Assembly (NCBI GenBank): GCA_963664705.1
Contig: OY761556.1
Span: 4,448,001 to 4,512,000, forward strand
Source: Acidobacteriota bacterium
Lineage (GTDB): Bacteria > Acidobacteriota > UBA6911
Reading direction: 5' to 3'
DNA: 64,000 bases
Shown here: one piece after another, positions 39,360-48,993 of the stretch
Layout of the letters: every line of letters starts with the position of its first letter
How positions within the stretch are numbered: the first letter of the stretch is position 1
Position numbers and translations under genes: made by a program
The notes under the pieces: model-generated
Seen by the model: only the letters and a program-made list of their open reading frames with translations
Told to the model about the DNA's origin: nothing
The model's database searches: none

Positions 39360-42300
39360 CTAAAAGTTGAATCTGGCAACAAGCTGTCCTGTCCTCTGGC
39401 CAGCGGAATTGATATAGCCGGGCGTGGTGCCAAAAGTCGATATCAGCATGGAATTCGAGGGCGTTGGAATGCGGGTTCGGTTGAACGCGTTCATTAATTC
39501 CATGCGCAGGCTCAGCATCATTCCTTCCCTGAACCGGAATACCCGTTCCAAGCTCATATTCTCGGTCGGGGCACGTCGATATCGGTAATCGTTGTAATAG
39601 GCGGATCCGGTGCCGAACTGGCCGGCAGCCGGCGCAGTCCATGCATTCGGATTCAGAATGACAGTGGTAGCAGGATCATAATGCGAGTTGATGTCCCGCG
39701 AGAACACTGGCTGGCCCGGCACTCGGCTGCTGAATGAAGCCGGAGCGCTGAAATATGGGGAGGTGTTGCATCCGCCCAGAACGCTCATGGGCGCACAAAG
39801 CGACAGTTCCTGAGCCGGGTTGGGGAAATTGGATGCCATGGGAGCGGCGATAGGCATTCCAGACTGATAGATCAGGAAAGCACCGATACGCCAGTCCTTG
39901 AGGACAGAGGACACGAGCTTGGGAGCTGATGCCCAAGTCGGAGTAATGTAGGTTCCGGCAATGACAAGGCGATGCGGAATGGACATGCCGGAGATAACCT
40001 TGTTTCCGCGCAGATCGTTCAGGTTGACCACTGCGGGGTTAATCTGAAATGCGGTGTCCTGGGTTTCGGCACCAATCGTCAATTCCTTCTGAAAGCTGTA
40101 GTTGGCCTGCAGGTCCAGGCCGTGAGAATACCTTTTGGTCAGCTTCACCTGAAGTGAATCGTACCAGGTATTCCCCAATGGTGCCCACAGATTATAGATG
40201 CTGCCAAAGTGCGGGTAAGGACGAAGCGACTGCGAGACACTCCCCTTGAAGCCGGGGTAAGGCACCTTCAGATTGTATTTTGCAATCTGATCGGCAGTCA
40301 GCGTGTCGAATTGCTGCAACAGCACCAAATCATCGCTAACAGTGGCAAGCGTCGGGTCAAAATTGTGTGCCTTCAGAATTGCCGGTGTGACCCGGTTCGG
40401 ATCGGTCAGCGCTCCGCCGGCATTCCACCACACTCCCCGGTTGCCCACGTAGGAAACATCCAGGCTTAGATCTTTTGTTATCTCACGCTGAATTCCGAGA
40501 CTCCACATGATCTGTCTCGGGGGATATCCCGCGTGACGGTCGAACGCAGTCATGAAGATAGAACCTGGAGAAGCGGGCGCTTGTGCGGGATCGTAATTCG
40601 GCCATACCGGGGTAACAGGCGGGCCGTTTTTCAGCTGGGTTATGGCGCCGCCATAAGTAGTCGCCGGTCCATAGCGAACGTCCGACCCAAAACGAAGGCT
40701 CCACATTTCCAGGCTGGCCGTTTGGCCATAAGAAACGCCGATCCCCGCGCGGAGCACGGTCTTATCCATGAACTGCCAGGCAAGTCCCAGTCTGGGACCA
40801 AAGGCATAAGGATAGTTGTCGGCGTAGTTGCAATTGCATTTGCCCGGTCCACTGCCCTCAAAAATGACTGCGCCCGGGATATTGCCATATGCGGGATTCG
40901 GAGTGTCATATCCGAAACTCGGAATGCGGCCATAGCCCTCTTTCAGATAGGTCTGAAAATCATAGCGCAAGCCATAATCGATGGTGAGTTTCGGCGTTAC
41001 TTTCCAGCTGTCTTGCGCGAAGAAAGACAGGGCGTGTTTCCCGATGTGGAATATGCTCTGTTTGCCGATTTCTCCATTGTTTACGGAGCCCAACAGGAAG
41101 CTGGCATAAGGGAATCCCAGGGTGCCCTGGTTATAGGATGTCGTGGTCAAATAGGGCAGCGCGGTTTGAGCTCCATTGAAATAGAACCAGCCGTTGCCCG
41201 GAGTCGTTGCGGTCGAAGGATAACTCTCAACCCGCACTTCCCCTCCGAACTTATACGAATGGTTTCCTTTTACCCAACTGAGAGTCGCGCTTCCGGTCGG
41301 CTTCTGCTGGAACTGCTTCTGCTGCGCCACCGGTCCAATGGAATTGCCTTGGCCAGACGGGCTGCCCATTCCGCCACCCTGGTTCTGATAGAGATTGAAC
41401 ATGGTTGGGTAAACAGGGGCAAAGGTTCCTGGCAAGCCAAGGTCCTTGAGATTGTCATAGCTTCCGTACCCCGGGACAGGGTCATAGAAGAGGAAATGCA
41501 TGTAGCCGCCGCCCACATGCAGCAGCATCGTCGGCGAAATCGTGTAGTCCATATTGAGACGCGCGGTATGCGACGTTTCAAACAGATCCCGCTGACTGGT
41601 GATCGGAGGAGCATAACCGTCCGGGAACGGAATATGCTGATCGTTCAGCGACCAATACCCCGATATCTTTATTTTGGAGCTGATATTGTGATCCATCTTT
41701 ATGGCATAGATCGAATTTACCGTCTCATTCGAATATCTCAGGTTGAGATTATTCAAAGTATCGCTCGTGGTTGGCTGGGGAATAAGGGACTGGAGTTTTG
41801 TCGATACCGGATCGAGCGCAAAGTATGCCGCCTTGCTCGGATCGAGACAGATGACATTGGGAGTATTCCCGTCGCAGCCCATGAACGGATCCCGGATCGT
41901 TACTGTCTGGCCGGCATACTGTCCGTATGTTCCCACAACCGATCGGGTCGTACTCGGATTGTAAATCGCTCCATCCATGATGGGCCGCCCGATGGCGTCA
42001 ATCCCGATCTGTTTCCCGGTATAGAGGGCCGGATTGCTGAAATTGCCGTTGCGATAAGCCAGCGTCGGCACGGTAGACCATGTGCTGGACGATACATTGT
42101 TTCGGTTTTGCTCGAAGCTGAAAAAGAAGAAGGTTTTTGATCTTCCGTCATACAGCTTGGGCAGGAATACCGGACCTCCGGCAGTAAAGCCAAAATCATT
42201 TCGGCGATCTCTCGGCCTGAATTGATTGTAAGGCTGGCCTGCGTTGAGCGCCTCGTTTCGGAAGTAATCGAATGCGCTCCCGTGAAAAGCATTCGTTCCA

Positions 42301-43031
42301 GACCTCACGGTCATGTTGAATACACCGCCACCCGCCTGACCGAATTCGGCGGCAAAGTTACTAGTCTGAATAGCGGTCTCTTCAATGGAGTCCACGCTGG
42401 GCTGCGACATTCCGGCGGCAGACGTGGCTGCAGTCTGAGTCGCATCCTGCCCTTCAATCCGCAGCGCCAGAGTACCTCCCGGCATTCCGTTTACCCGCAT
42501 GGTTCCGAACATGGCTCCCGGAGCCGATCCCTGGAAGGTGCCCGGAGCCAGGTTCATCGATGCATAAGCATCGCGCATGCCACCAGCCACAGACAGCATC
42601 GGCAGATTATCCATCGTATCCGATGTCACGTTGTGGCTCATTTCACCGCTCTCAGTCTTCAGCAATGGAGCATCCGCGCTTACGCTTACGGTTTCCGAAA
42701 TGTTTCCGACCTCGAGCTTGACATCAATGCGCAGAGTCTGCGCAACAAGAACCGTGATACCGGTCCGGACGTACTGTTTGAATCCGCTCGCAGTAACGGT
42801 GACCTGGTAGGCACCGGCCGGCAACTGGGCAATTGTGTAATTGCCCGTGGCCGAGCTTTCCGTTTTATAGACGGCACCGGTCTCGATATTTTTTGCTTCT
42901 ATCGGGGCGCCGGGAATCATCGCGCCAGTCGGATCAGAAATGGTACCCGTGATTGTACCTCGATCGGACTGCGCGAAAGTTGCGGGTATCAGCAAAAGCA
43001 AACACAGAACAGCACAGGCAGTGAAACGCAT
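39360..43031 (-). CDS. Oar-like TonB-dependent receptor with N-terminal carboxypeptidase-regulatory-like domain (copy 1)
   Basis: AQSDRGTITGTISD, SNFAAEFG, SGTNAFHGSAFDYFRN, FAQDSWKVT.KLT..YGLRYD, C-terminal ARFNF. Confidence 0.93.
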   Translation of the reverse strand: MRFTACAVLCLLLLIPATFAQSDRGTITGTISDPTGAMIPGAPIEAKNIETGAVYKTESSATGNYTIAQLPAGAYQVTVTASGFKQYVRTGITVLVAQTLRIDVKLEVGNISETVSVSADAPLLKTESGEMSHNVTSDTMDNLPMLSVAGGMRDAYASMNLAPGTFQGSAPGAMFGTMRVNGMPGGTLALRIEGQDATQTAATSAAGMSQPSVDSIEETAIQTSNFAAEFGQAGGGVFNMTVRSGTNAFHGSAFDYFRNEALNAGQPYNQFRPRDRRNDFGFTAGGPVFLPKLYDGRSKTFFFFSFEQNRNNVSSSTWSTVPTLAYRNGNFSNPALYTGKQIGIDAIGRPIMDGAIYNPSTTRSVVGTYGQYAGQTVTIRDPFMGCDGNTPNVICLDPSKAAYFALDPVSTKLQSLIPQPTTSDTLNNLNLRYSNETVNSIYAIKMDHNISSKIKISGYWSLNDQHIPFPDGYAPPITSQRDLFETSHTARLNMDYTISPTMLLHVGGGYMHFLFYDPVPGYGSYDNLKDLGLPGTFAPVYPTMFNLYQNQGGGMGSPSGQGNSIGPVAQQKQFQQKPTGSATLSWVKGNHSYKFGGEVRVESYPSTATTPGNGWFYFNGAQTALPYLTTTSYNQGTLGFPYASFLLGSVNNGEIGKQSIFHIGKHALSFFAQDSWKVTPKLTIDYGLRYDFQTYLKEGYGRIPSFGYDTPNPAYGNIPGAVIFEGSGPGKCNCNYADNYPYAFGPRLGLAWQFMDKTVLRAGIGVSYGQTASLEMWSLRFGSDVRYGPATTYGGAITQLKNGPPVTPVWPNYDPAQAPASPGSIFMTAFDRHAGYPPRQIMWSLGIQREITKDLSLDVSYVGNRGVWWNAGGALTDPNRVTPAILKAHNFDPTLATVSDDLVLLQQFDTLTADQIAKYNLKVPYPGFKGSVSQSLRPYPHFGSIYNLWAPLGNTWYDSLQVKLTKRYSHGLDLQANYSFQKELTIGAETQDTAFQINPAVVNLNDLRGNKVISGMSIPHRLVIAGTYITPTWASAPKLVSSVLKDWRIGAFLIYQSGMPIAAPMASNFPNPAQELSLCAPMSVLGGCNTSPYFSAPASFSSRVPGQPVFSRDINSHYDPATTVILNPNAWTAPAAGQFGTGSAYYNDYRYRRAPTENMSLERVFRFREGMMLSLRMELMNAFNRTRIPTPSNSMLISTFGTTPGYINSAGQRTGQLVARFNF

Positions 43032-43319
43032 AGAGTTCCTCCTATCGGCAGAGAACTAAACTAAGAACTTGGAATTCCCGTTACCTAGTCTTAATGCGTT
43101 ACAGATTTTTTTTCGCCGTGATTTCAGAATCCTCAGGAATCCGCGAGGGGGGATCGGCAAAAGAACCCATTGGGGGAGAGATCTGGTGGGTTCCAAATAA
43201 TATGTATAAATTGTAGTCGAAAAGAAAACGCGCGCAAATAGGAAAAAGACCGCCCCGGAGGGCAGAGACTTCGGGCAATGGGATAGTCTGCATGCTACTT
43301 GTCGAGGGCCAAGCCCTTC

Positions 43320-43384
43320 GGAGTGCGGTGGCTTGCCACCGCCTTCCGCTTTTATTCAAAGGCTGCAGCAGGCCGCCGAACTCC
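43320..43384. repeat. degenerate REP-like palindrome pair
   Basis: ggagtgcggtggcttgccaccgcctt ... aaggctgcagcaggccgccgaactcc (imperfect inverted pair; the first arm is itself a hairpin). Confidence 0.55.
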
Positions 43385-43507
43385 ACGGCTCGCAGTGGGA
43401 CCAGACTTCCTAGCAGTGCTGATAAATAGCAGATCCAGGCGTAGCACTATCCGAAATATGTGGTTTCTGATTCGGTCTCTCAGGCGTGCGCCCTACCGGG
43501 CGCACCC

Positions 43508-43545
43508 CAAAAAGCCCCGAAGGATCGGGCAATCCTTCGGGGCTC
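43508..43545 (-). terminator. intrinsic terminator after TonB-dependent receptor 2, homologous to the one at about 39290
   Basis: aaaaagccccgaaggat...atccttcggggct. Confidence 0.8.
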
Positions 43546-43567
43546 CACTATTGGGATGACCGGCGAA

Positions 43568-46500
43568 CTAGAAGCTGAAGCGCGCAACGAACTGACCTGT
43601 ACGCTGGTTCGTTGTGTCTCTCGCATCGATGCGTCCGAAGCCGAAAATCGTCGTACCGTCCGGCATGGCGGCCTGACCCCAACCCGTGCTGTTGCTGTTA
43701 AAATCGATTCCTGGATTGGGAATTCGAACCCGGTTGAACACATTCATCAATTCAATGCGGATCGACAGGTTCATTCCCTCCCGGATCGGGAAAAGACGCC
43801 CGAGGCTCATGTTTTCGGTCGGGCGGCGCCGATACCGGTAATCGCCGTAGTATGGAGAACCGGTACCGTACTGTCCGTCCGGAGGATTCTGCCATGCGTT
43901 CATATTGAGCAGAAAGTGTTTGAACGGATCAAAGCTCGAATTCGGATCTATCAGGAACAATGGCTGTCCCTGTACGCGGCTCGCGTACGAGGCCGGAGAT
44001 GACCCGTTAAACAAACTTCCGTTGCATCCGCCGAGAACACCCATCCCGGAACAAAGCTTCAGCAAGTTGCCGATATCGTGGCCGGGCGTACTGCTGCCTG
44101 CTCTGGGAGCCATGATGGGCTGGCCGGAGGCGTAGGTAAGCATGGTGCCGAAAGTCCAATCCCGAACCAATGCCGACACCAACTTGTTGGTACTCAACTT
44201 GGGGAATTGATAGCTCGCGGCAATAACAAGGCGATGCGGGATGGAAAGCCCGGAGATCGTCTTGTTGGAGTTAAAGTCATTGATATTGTTGACAGCCGAC
44301 GCGGTCACAAACGCAGTATCGTTGGTCTCCGCACCGATGGTGAGTTCCTTCTGCCAGCTATATGCGGCCGAGAGATCAAGTCCTCTCGAGAACCTCTTCG
44401 TGAGTTTCACCTGAAGCGCGTCATACCAGGTTCTTCCACGCGGAGCCCAGATCTCAAATATGTTCCCCACATGTGGAAACGGCCGAATCGACTGATTCAC
44501 TGCCCCTGAAAATCCGGGGAACGGCACGGAGAGCTTATGGGCAGTCATATCCGCCGCACTGAGACTGCTCAGCGGTTGAAGCAACATATCGCGGTCACTG
44601 GAACTGCTGAGATTAAAATTATGCGCAGCAAGAATCGACGGGGTTACACGGTTGGGATCGGTGATGGCCCCATTCGAATTCCACCAGGCTCCGCGATTCC
44701 CCACATAAGAAACATCAAGACTCAGGTTAGGTGCGATTTCGCGCTGAATCCCGATGCTCCACTGGAATTGCCGGGGCGGACGTCCGGCCTGATCATTGAT
44801 CAAAGGCATGACATCGGACCCTGCAGCTACCGGAGCCTGTCCCGCATCGCGGTTTGGCCAGACCGGTACCACGGGAGTACCACTCACGTTCGGGCCATTT
44901 TTAAGAAGACCGATGGCATTTCCCGCTGTCGGGTTTGGACCATATCGGACAAAGGATCCCATGCGCAGGTTCCACATTTCCAGGGCCCCTGTCTGGCCGT
45001 ATGAGATTCCAACGCCCGCGCGGAGCACTGTCTTGGGCATGAACTGATATGCCAGGCCCAATCGAGGACCCCATGCATGCGGGTATGTGTGGGTAATGTT
45101 CTTTTCGAAAATATCGGCTCCAGGAAGGTTCCCATAGCTCGGATTAGGTGTCGTCGAACTCCAGGTCGGCATGCGGCCGTAAGTCTCCTGCAGCGCCGTC
45201 TGATAATCCCACCGCAATCCGTAGTCTAGAGTCAGCTTTGAGGTAATCTTCCAGCTATCCTGAGCAAAGAAAGCCCAGGCCTGTTTGCCGAGGTGAAATC
45301 TGTTGGACTTCCCGATCTCCCCTTTGTGGAACATGCCAAGCAGGAAACTGGCATAAACATGCCCTGTATTGCCCGATGTCCCAAGATATGGGTCCGAAGT
45401 TTCAGACGGGTCAAAAATAAAATTACCGTTGGCAGGCGTAAACACATTTGAAGGATGAGAATCAAAACGTGCCTCGGCCCCAAATTTGTAGGAGTGATTT
45501 CCTTTAACCCAGGTAAAACTCGCGGTCGCCGTGGGCTTGATTTGCCAGGTATTGCCATAGGCCACCGGGCCTGTGGTGCGCAATCCTCCCATGGTTGTAT
45601 CCATGGTCATGTTGGGAGCGATCGTCGCAAAAGTCCCAGGCAAACCAAGTTCTTTGTTGCTGTCGAAATTAACGTTGGTCTGGGGATCCTTAAAGATGAA
45701 ATGCATCATTCCCCCTGCAACATGCAGCAACATCGTAGGCGAAATCGTATAGTCTGCGTTCAGCCGTACGGTGTGGGATTTCTCGGTAAGCACCCTGCCC
45801 GACGAAAGCGGCACAGGAAGGCCGTCGACATAGTCGGCGTGCTGGATGTTCGCCGAATAGTAGCCGGAGATCTTGAACTTGGAGCTTAAATTGTGATCTA
45901 TCTTGAAAGCGGTGATAGTCTGGAGGGTGTTGCTTGGCCAAGCCACCGTCAGGTTATTGGTCAGGTTGCTGTTGGTGAGTGTCGGATAGAGCTTCTGATA
46001 CTTCAAAGCCACCGGGTCCAAGGCAGCAGAAGTCATGCAGATCTGGTTCAGATGCTTTCCATCGCACCCCATGAACGGATCTCTGAACGTCTTGCCATTC
46101 AGAGTCTTGGTTGTTGAAGGATCAAAAATCTCACCTGCGAAAACATCGCGCCCGAGCGGGTCTACTCCGATTTTGCTTCCCAAAAGCGCGCTGAAATCGC
46201 CGTTTTGAAAAGCCTGGGTGGGAAATGTATAGCTGGCGCTGCTGCTGGTTGTCAGCCGATTCTGTTCGAAGGAATAAAAGAAGAAGGTTTTGTCGCGGCC
46301 ATCATATATTTTGGGAATATAGACTGGCCCTCCCATGTTAAATCCGAAATCGTGCTGGCGATCGCGTGGTTTTTCGTAGGTTGGGGCCTTTTTATACGGC
46401 GGGTTTGCGTTGAATACTTCATTCCTGAAGTATTCAAAGGCGCTCCCGTGCAATCTGTTGGTCCCCGACTTCATGGTCATGTTCAGGATGCCGCCACCCG

Positions 46501-47182
46501 CTTGCCCGAATTCGGCCGCAAAATTGCTGGTTTGAATCGCCGTTTCCTCAACCGCATCCACACTGGGCGTGGACATCGTATAAGCCAAAGTCCAAATTTG
46601 TTGAGTGGCATCCTGGCCCTCGATACGGAGCGCCATCGTGAAGCCCGGCATTCCATTAACACGCATGATGCCATTGCCGGATGAGCCATCCGTGCCGGGC
46701 ATCAGGTTCACTGCCGCAAACGGGTCCCGCATTCCGGTCGCCGACAGCATTGGCAAGGTATCCAACCGGTCTGATGTCACGTTATGGCTCAGTTCGCCGC
46801 TCTCCGTCTGCAGCAGGGGAGCATCCGCGCTGACCGTAACTGTCTCGGTGATATTTCCTACCTCCAGCGGTATGTTGATGCGTATCGTCTGCGCGACCTG
46901 CACGGTAATGCCGGTACGCACATATTGCTTGAACCCTTGCACTGTGGCAATCAACTGATAGGATCCAGCCGGCAATTGGGCCAATACATAGTTTCCTGTC
47001 GTCGAACTCGCGGCTTTATAAACAGCCCCCGTCTGGGTGTTCTTAGCCTCGATCTGAGCATTGGGAACCATGGCACCGCCGGCATCGGAAACCGTACCCG
47101 TAATTGTCCCCCTGTCGCTCTGGGCGAATGCCGCGGAAAGCAGCAAAAGCAAACATAAAACAGCACAAGCAGTGAAACGCAT
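43568..47182 (-). CDS. Oar-like TonB-dependent receptor (copy 2, tandem paralog)
   Basis: Same architecture; near-identical N-terminus MRFTACAVLCLLLL...AQSDRGTITGT; C-terminal ARFSF. Confidence 0.93.
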   Translation of the reverse strand: MRFTACAVLCLLLLLSAAFAQSDRGTITGTVSDAGGAMVPNAQIEAKNTQTGAVYKAASSTTGNYVLAQLPAGSYQLIATVQGFKQYVRTGITVQVAQTIRINIPLEVGNITETVTVSADAPLLQTESGELSHNVTSDRLDTLPMLSATGMRDPFAAVNLMPGTDGSSGNGIMRVNGMPGFTMALRIEGQDATQQIWTLAYTMSTPSVDAVEETAIQTSNFAAEFGQAGGGILNMTMKSGTNRLHGSAFEYFRNEVFNANPPYKKAPTYEKPRDRQHDFGFNMGGPVYIPKIYDGRDKTFFFYSFEQNRLTTSSSASYTFPTQAFQNGDFSALLGSKIGVDPLGRDVFAGEIFDPSTTKTLNGKTFRDPFMGCDGKHLNQICMTSAALDPVALKYQKLYPTLTNSNLTNNLTVAWPSNTLQTITAFKIDHNLSSKFKISGYYSANIQHADYVDGLPVPLSSGRVLTEKSHTVRLNADYTISPTMLLHVAGGMMHFIFKDPQTNVNFDSNKELGLPGTFATIAPNMTMDTTMGGLRTTGPVAYGNTWQIKPTATASFTWVKGNHSYKFGAEARFDSHPSNVFTPANGNFIFDPSETSDPYLGTSGNTGHVYASFLLGMFHKGEIGKSNRFHLGKQAWAFFAQDSWKITSKLTLDYGLRWDYQTALQETYGRMPTWSSTTPNPSYGNLPGADIFEKNITHTYPHAWGPRLGLAYQFMPKTVLRAGVGISYGQTGALEMWNLRMGSFVRYGPNPTAGNAIGLLKNGPNVSGTPVVPVWPNRDAGQAPVAAGSDVMPLINDQAGRPPRQFQWSIGIQREIAPNLSLDVSYVGNRGAWWNSNGAITDPNRVTPSILAAHNFNLSSSSDRDMLLQPLSSLSAADMTAHKLSVPFPGFSGAVNQSIRPFPHVGNIFEIWAPRGRTWYDALQVKLTKRFSRGLDLSAAYSWQKELTIGAETNDTAFVTASAVNNINDFNSNKTISGLSIPHRLVIAASYQFPKLSTNKLVSALVRDWTFGTMLTYASGQPIMAPRAGSSTPGHDIGNLLKLCSGMGVLGGCNGSLFNGSSPASYASRVQGQPLFLIDPNSSFDPFKHFLLNMNAWQNPPDGQYGTGSPYYGDYRYRRRPTENMSLGRLFPIREGMNLSIRIELMNVFNRVRIPNPGIDFNSNSTGWGQAAMPDGTTIFGFGRIDARDTTNQRTGQFVARFSF

Positions 47183-47504
47183 AGAAATCCTCCCGTCCAG
47201 AAAGAGTTGCCTGAGAACCTGGAAATTCCCGCTATCGCTTATTTCTGCTTATCGAATTTGGCTGTAACTGTTTTTAAGGCTGAGATCGTAAGAATCCGCA
47301 AAGGTGTGGTGCCGCAAAAAACCAGCCGAGGGTTTGGTTTTCGCAGATTCCTTGATTCTCGGATTGTATTTCAAAGGGAAAAGTTGGTCCAAGAGAAAAC
47401 GAGTTCACTAAAGAAATTTAATCTGGCAAGAGTGGAGACGATGCACCGAATGGCTAAAAACGCCGCCATATGGAATAAATGCGGGATATGGCAAAAGCAA
47501 TAAA

Positions 47505-47539
47505 CAAAAGCCCCAAGAAAACACATGTTTTCCTGGGGC
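47505..47539 (-). terminator. intrinsic terminator after the aldo/keto reductase
   Basis: On -: gccccaggaaaac-atgt-gttttcttggggc-ttttgttt. Confidence 0.8.
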
Positions 47540-47568
47540 CGATTTGCCTGAAGCGAATAGGTTATTGC

Positions 47569-48711
47569 TTATGCCAGGATCGACTGCGCCCGAATCAGTC
47601 TATCCTGAACATGGACGCCGTTCGGACACTTGATGGCACATTCGGAACAATCGCTGCAGCGAACATCTCGAATTTCCTTGGCCAGACCTCTGAAATTCGC
47701 AACGGCCTGGTGGTAATTGCCTGCGAAATCATTGTAGGCCAGGAAACGAAGGACATCCGTGACAGGCATGCCTTGCGGGCACTTGCCGGTGCATTCATAG
47801 CACATGCGGCAATACGAAGGACGGATCTGCTCATTCATTACATAAAGCAGCTTTTCGTCGGTCGCAGTGTATGGTTCCGACATGGCGCGGAAGTTCATCT
47901 CGAGTTCCGGAATCGTCTGCATAAACGGGACCGTGGTTCCAATCGCGGGATTGTTCAGAACCCATTTTATGCCCGCAAGCGGTCCTTCTCCCTTTTTGGC
48001 AGGAGGATTGTCAAAGCCCTTCAAATTCAGGCCGGTGAGTGCGACCACGACTTTCATTGCGATCACGCCGATGCCCGCTTCCTGCAGTTTCTTCGTTGCC
48101 GCCTCCCGGTACCGCCCGCCGATGGGGAAGCTGTAGGTTGTCTGCATGACATCGAAGATTTTGCTCTTGATCGAGAAATCGGCCATCTTGTTCGGATCGT
48201 GGCAGCTGAAGCCGATGAAGCGAGCCTTCCCGGATTTCTTGGCCTGCGCCATGACTTCAAGCGCCTCATCCGGAGCCGGCGTATCCAGGGCATGCATATG
48301 CCAGATGTCGACGTAATCCGTCCCGAGCATTTTCAAGCTGGTTTCCAGGTGCTCCATCATTTCTGCTTTTTTTCTGCTGCCGGTCTTAGTGGCAATGTGG
48401 ATTTTGTCTCTCTTGCCTTTGATAACCTTTGAAAAGATCTCTTCGCTGTCGCCATAATCGCGCGACGTATCAAAATAATTAATGCCCATGTCAATGGCGC
48501 GCGCGACAACTTCCGGAACCGGCTTGAATCCAATGCCGTATCCGACACCCGAGACCTTCAGACCCGTTTTGCCCAGGGTTCTATAGACCACCTTGGGACT
48601 GGTGGGCGCCGCTTGAAATGTCGATTCCAGCGCGTTGGGTGTTACGAGTCCGGCTGCGGGCAGAGCCAGACCTGCCTGCAAAAATTGTCTTCTTGACGGG
48701 TTGGAGCTCAC
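47569..48711 (-). CDS. aldo/keto reductase with Tat-like signal and C-terminal ferredoxin domain
   Basis: SRRQFL; YRTLGKTGLKVS, FDTS..YG, IATK, DYVDI.HMH; CRMCYEC...CP and CSDCSEC...CP. Confidence 0.9.
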   Translation of the reverse strand: MSSNPSRRQFLQAGLALPAAGLVTPNALESTFQAAPTSPKVVYRTLGKTGLKVSGVGYGIGFKPVPEVVARAIDMGINYFDTSRDYGDSEEIFSKVIKGKRDKIHIATKTGSRKKAEMMEHLETSLKMLGTDYVDIWHMHALDTPAPDEALEVMAQAKKSGKARFIGFSCHDPNKMADFSIKSKIFDVMQTTYSFPIGGRYREAATKKLQEAGIGVIAMKVVVALTGLNLKGFDNPPAKKGEGPLAGIKWVLNNPAIGTTVPFMQTIPELEMNFRAMSEPYTATDEKLLYVMNEQIRPSYCRMCYECTGKCPQGMPVTDVLRFLAYNDFAGNYHQAVANFRGLAKEIRDVRCSDCSECAIKCPNGVHVQDRLIRAQSILA

Positions 48712-48930
48712 AAAACCTCCTTTGTCTTTTGAGATAATAGACTGTTCGATTGCTCCTGGGTGATTTCCCGGGTAGCCGCGCTACCACCTTACTACCAATT
48801 CAGGTAATCGGGATATAAAAATTTCGTGGAAGCGCCGGGTGAAATTCGTGTAACCGTGGCGGAAAAGAGCGGTCAATCCGTCACCAATTTCATGAATGGC
48901 GCGAAAGCTACCCAGGCAAACCTCCGGAAA

Positions 48931-48970
48931 TAAAAAACGGAGAACACCGTTCTCCCGATGCTCTCCGTTT
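48931..48970 (-). terminator. intrinsic terminator after the CoA-transferase
   Basis: On -: aaacggagagcatc...ggtgttctccgtttttt. Confidence 0.7.
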
Positions 48971-48993
48971 CGCACTTACTTTATTTCCGTGAC

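Noticed and set aside
40533-42140. 535-aa plus-strand ORF
   Set aside because: Antisense shadow of the TonB-dependent receptor gene.
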